DNA of 64,000 bases from a virus (Duplodnaviria > Caudoviricetes): positions 64,001-128,000 of the IMG/VR virus record IMGVR_UViG_3300013121_000024; one strand, given 5' to 3'. Within the stretch, counting starts at the first letter, position 1, and every line of letters begins with the position of its first letter. The notes under the pieces are model-generated. The model was not told the DNA's origin, did no database searches, and saw only the letters and a list, made by a program, of their open reading frames with translations. The position numbers were made by a program, and so were the translations under genes. Of this stretch, positions 61,617 through 64,000 are shown piece after piece.

Positions 61617-61623
61617 AACAAAA

Positions 61624-62160
61624 TTACTCCTTGTCGTCTATGAATATTTCCAGTGAAACTTTAGTATTTTTCTTATGCCTTGTCAAGTCCTTTTTGTTTT
61701 GATTGGGAATTTTATCATTGTAAATTTCCATTTTATTCGGAGTAATTGATGTTCCAGAATTGGTCAAATTCTCCAACATACCATATCTAACACCATTGGC
61801 CACCTTTATGTCTTGTTGTTCCTTTTCCAGTGAAATTCTTCTGAAAAATGAATTTTTGGCATATTGTGTGAAATAAGCGAATGGATTATTGGTTTTACTT
61901 CCGTCAAAATTATCGATATATTTAACCATATTTAACACGGCATCCGAAATCATTTCCTCTTTCCAACTATATGCCGAAAAATTAGGTTTATTGGAAAATC
62001 CTGTTGCTATTTTGAGAAAACATTCTCCAATATATCGGGGAATTACAGGTTTCGGAAGTCCTAATTTTTCAGCATTTCGCAATTGTGATTTGTACTCCAT
62101 CAATACCTCATACATATGTTTATTGTTAAGGTAATTTCTGGTATTTTTTTTAGTTATCAA
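61624..62160 (-). CDS. gp55: Late sigma factor (gp55)
   Basis: YIGECFLKIA, NF..YSWKEEMISDA, NPFAYFTQ. Confidence 0.95.
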   Translation of the reverse strand: MITKKNTRNYLNNKHMYEVLMEYKSQLRNAEKLGLPKPVIPRYIGECFLKIATGFSNKPNFSAYSWKEEMISDAVLNMVKYIDNFDGSKTNNPFAYFTQYAKNSFFRRISLEKEQQDIKVANGVRYGMLENLTNSGTSITPNKMEIYNDKIPNQNKKDLTRHKKNTKVSLEIFIDDKE

Positions 62161-62183
62161 GTCACTTATCCTCTCATTTGTGT

Positions 62184-62248
62184 AATTTTACCCCTTGCCA
62201 ACATTTTGGAAAGCTGTATAATAACGGTGTCGTTTTAGAGTAATTGGT
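62184..62248 (+). repeat. Inverted copy of the 65-bp primase promoter element
   Basis: Exact reverse complement of 26360-26424. Confidence 0.9.
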
Positions 62249-62256
62249 TATTATAG

Positions 62257-62730
62257 TTAGTTTGGACGATTTTTGACGAACCTACCTGGAACCATGAAAG
62301 AACCTTCCGATGGTCCTCTTAGTACAATAGGTTTTAGTTCCGATATCAAATCCTGTTTTTCTTTCTCTTCCTTAATCTTCTTTGCTATTAACTGCCTTTC
62401 CTCAAAGGTATCATTAGTAGCTTTAAGCCCATCCAAAATATTCTTATCCACCAAATTCAATGATATAGTAGAATTATTATAAAACCTTTCCACCTCCATG
62501 TGTACCTTATTATGTGTAAGCACATGGTTTTTTTGTATGGTGATTTCAGAATTTTCCATAAATGGTGTATATTTTTGTAGAGTCATCATTCCGTCGTGCA
62601 TTACTATGGCTCGTGGATCCGAAAATGTAAACCCGTTTTTGGTTTCATTAGAAAGTTTGGCCAACAGTTCATCACCATTAATTAACCTGATGTGGTATAC
62701 ATTCTCTTTAACGGTATTATTTGCTTCCAT
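62257..62730 (-). CDS. Conserved T4-like hypothetical protein (Sm-like start)
   Basis: IRLINGDELLA; typical position between uvsW and gp55. Confidence 0.65.
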   Translation of the reverse strand: MEANNTVKENVYHIRLINGDELLAKLSNETKNGFTFSDPRAIVMHDGMMTLQKYTPFMENSEITIQKNHVLTHNKVHMEVERFYNNSTISLNLVDKNILDGLKATNDTFEERQLIAKKIKEEKEKQDLISELKPIVLRGPSEGSFMVPGRFVKNRPN

Positions 62731-64000
62731 CTTTTGGTTTTTCTCCTAACTTTACATTGTATATCTTATAAGGAAACTTCTCAGAATCATAAATTCTAAT
62801 TCTCTCAAGGAAGTGTGTTAGTGTGTAATTTCTTCTGTTTTTCCAAGATATATCATCGGCAACGTCAAACAGAGTCAATTTTGTTTTCCACGGGGTTCTA
62901 CGGAATCCTCTTCCTATTGATTGCAATATTTTGATTCTGGCTTTGGTGGGTGTTGCAAAAATAATGTAATTTATGTTCTTTATATTTATACCAGTCGTAA
63001 ACACATCGCTGGCTAATAGGATAGCATTCTTTTCCTTATCAAAATCAATACGTGTTTTATTTTTCTCTTTTCCGGTGTTTTCTCCAGTAACAAAGTAAAG
63101 ATTTCTATCAGATGCTTTAAGACTAAGTATATCATGTATTGATTCACCTTGATCAATATACCGAAAAAGTATTAATACATTTCCTTCCAATGAAAGTGCT
63201 AGATTTGCTAAGAAATTATTTCTTTTATTGTGTTGTCGGATAAAATCTATTTCCTGATCATAAGTAGCCCTTTTCATCAGCCTTTTTATTTCATCCGGAT
63301 ACTTTAATAGTATGGTTTTTATACTTATATCTGCACTGTGACCCTTATCAATCAACTCTCTATTAGTGGTTACGGTTACAATTGGGCCGAATAATCCTTC
63401 AATTACTAGTTTATCCGTTTTGGTGTCTTGTATTGTGCCTGTAAGACCTATTCTGAATTTTATTCTAGTACTTTTTTCCATGATTCCTCGTAAACACTCC
63501 GCTTTTGCGGTGTGCACTTCATCCACCGTTATCATATTAAATTGATTCAACCAGTCTTCTGGCATTTTGTAAATGGATTGCCATGTACTAATTGTTACTT
63601 GTTTGTCTATTTCTTTGGACTGGCCTTCATAGATAAGTTGTATGTTGTTTTTTTGAAATCCATATGTTTCTTCAAATTCTGCCTGTAATTGTAAACACAA
63701 CGCGGTTGATGGTACCACTATAAGTGTTTTTGTATCATAATACCTTAAAAGCAGGTACATAATGAGTGATTTGCCGGAGTTGTGGGTTATCATACCATCA
63801 TTTGTGATATAGAGATTATCCTCTACCTCAAACCCGAAAAATTCTTGTTCATCTAATGGTTTCACTATGAATTTGGAAATATACCTACGTCTCTTTAAAT
63901 CTTCCGATTCAAGTACGGTATTTTGTTTTCTTTTCACCCTTGTTGGTATGATGTGTGTATTTCCATTGATAATAACATTGTAATAGGTTTTATTGTATCG
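62717..64000 (-). CDS. uvsW: UvsW helicase, 5'-truncated by window, intein in Walker A
   Basis: SGKS, STWQS, DEVH, GLTGT, QSIGR; frame open to position 64000. Confidence 0.92.
   Translation of the reverse strand, partial: RYNKTYYNVIINGNTHIIPTRVKRKQNTVLESEDLKRRRYISKFIVKPLDEQEFFGFEVEDNLYITNDGMITHNSGKSLIMYLLLRYYDTKTLIVVPSTALCLQLQAEFEETYGFQKNNIQLIYEGQSKEIDKQVTISTWQSIYKMPEDWLNQFNMITVDEVHTAKAECLRGIMEKSTRIKFRIGLTGTIQDTKTDKLVIEGLFGPIVTVTTNRELIDKGHSADISIKTILLKYPDEIKRLMKRATYDQEIDFIRQHNKRNNFLANLALSLEGNVLILFRYIDQGESIHDILSLKASDRNLYFVTGENTGKEKNKTRIDFDKEKNAILLASDVFTTGINIKNINYIIFATPTKARIKILQSIGRGFRRTPWKTKLTLFDVADDISWKNRRNYTLTHFLERIRIYDSEKFPYKIYNVKLGEKPKDGSK
63779..64000 (-). mobile_element. Intein C-terminal portion in UvsW
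   Basis: FFGFEV..NLYITNDGMITHN|SGKS. Confidence 0.85.

Noticed and set aside
62232-62240. GTTTTAGAG resembling a type II CRISPR repeat start
   Set aside because: Only 9 nt, part of the duplicated promoter element, no array.
1-64000. Stop-codon reassignment
   Set aside because: Core genes are intact in the standard code, and no CUA, UUA or UCA suppressor tRNA was found.

Overview
A 64-kb segment of a large T4-like myophage genome, AT-rich and almost entirely transcribed from the - strand. The host is probably alphaproteobacterial (inference from a tRNA-His lacking G-1 with A73). The right two-thirds hold the T4 replication/recombination core: primase gp61, helicase gp41, UvsX, polymerase gp43, RegA, gp62/gp44/gp45, gp46/gp47, late sigma gp55 and UvsW. 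They also hold auxiliary enzymes and a block of probable head-packaged proteins. The left quarter and 46-47 kb carry 25 complete tRNA genes plus one partial, many with non-canonical loops. Inteins are abundant: two split inteins (class II RNR NrdJ and UvsX, each gene fractured by a free-standing homing endonuclease) and three contiguous inteins (NrdJ, a glycosyltransferase-like protein, UvsW). The best candidate for a new system is at 6.5-9.0 kb. A TROVE/Ro60-like vWA protein gene (DUF2828-type) is directly preceded by six structured RNAs. Each is closed by a covarying 7-bp helix with a C(A/C)GCA motif and a 3' G, and carries variable tRNA-mimic cargo. A second, independent protein-plus-RNA locus at 12.3-13.4 kb has two tandem circularly permuted tRNA-like domains. 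All family names come from recalled motifs; no database search was run.
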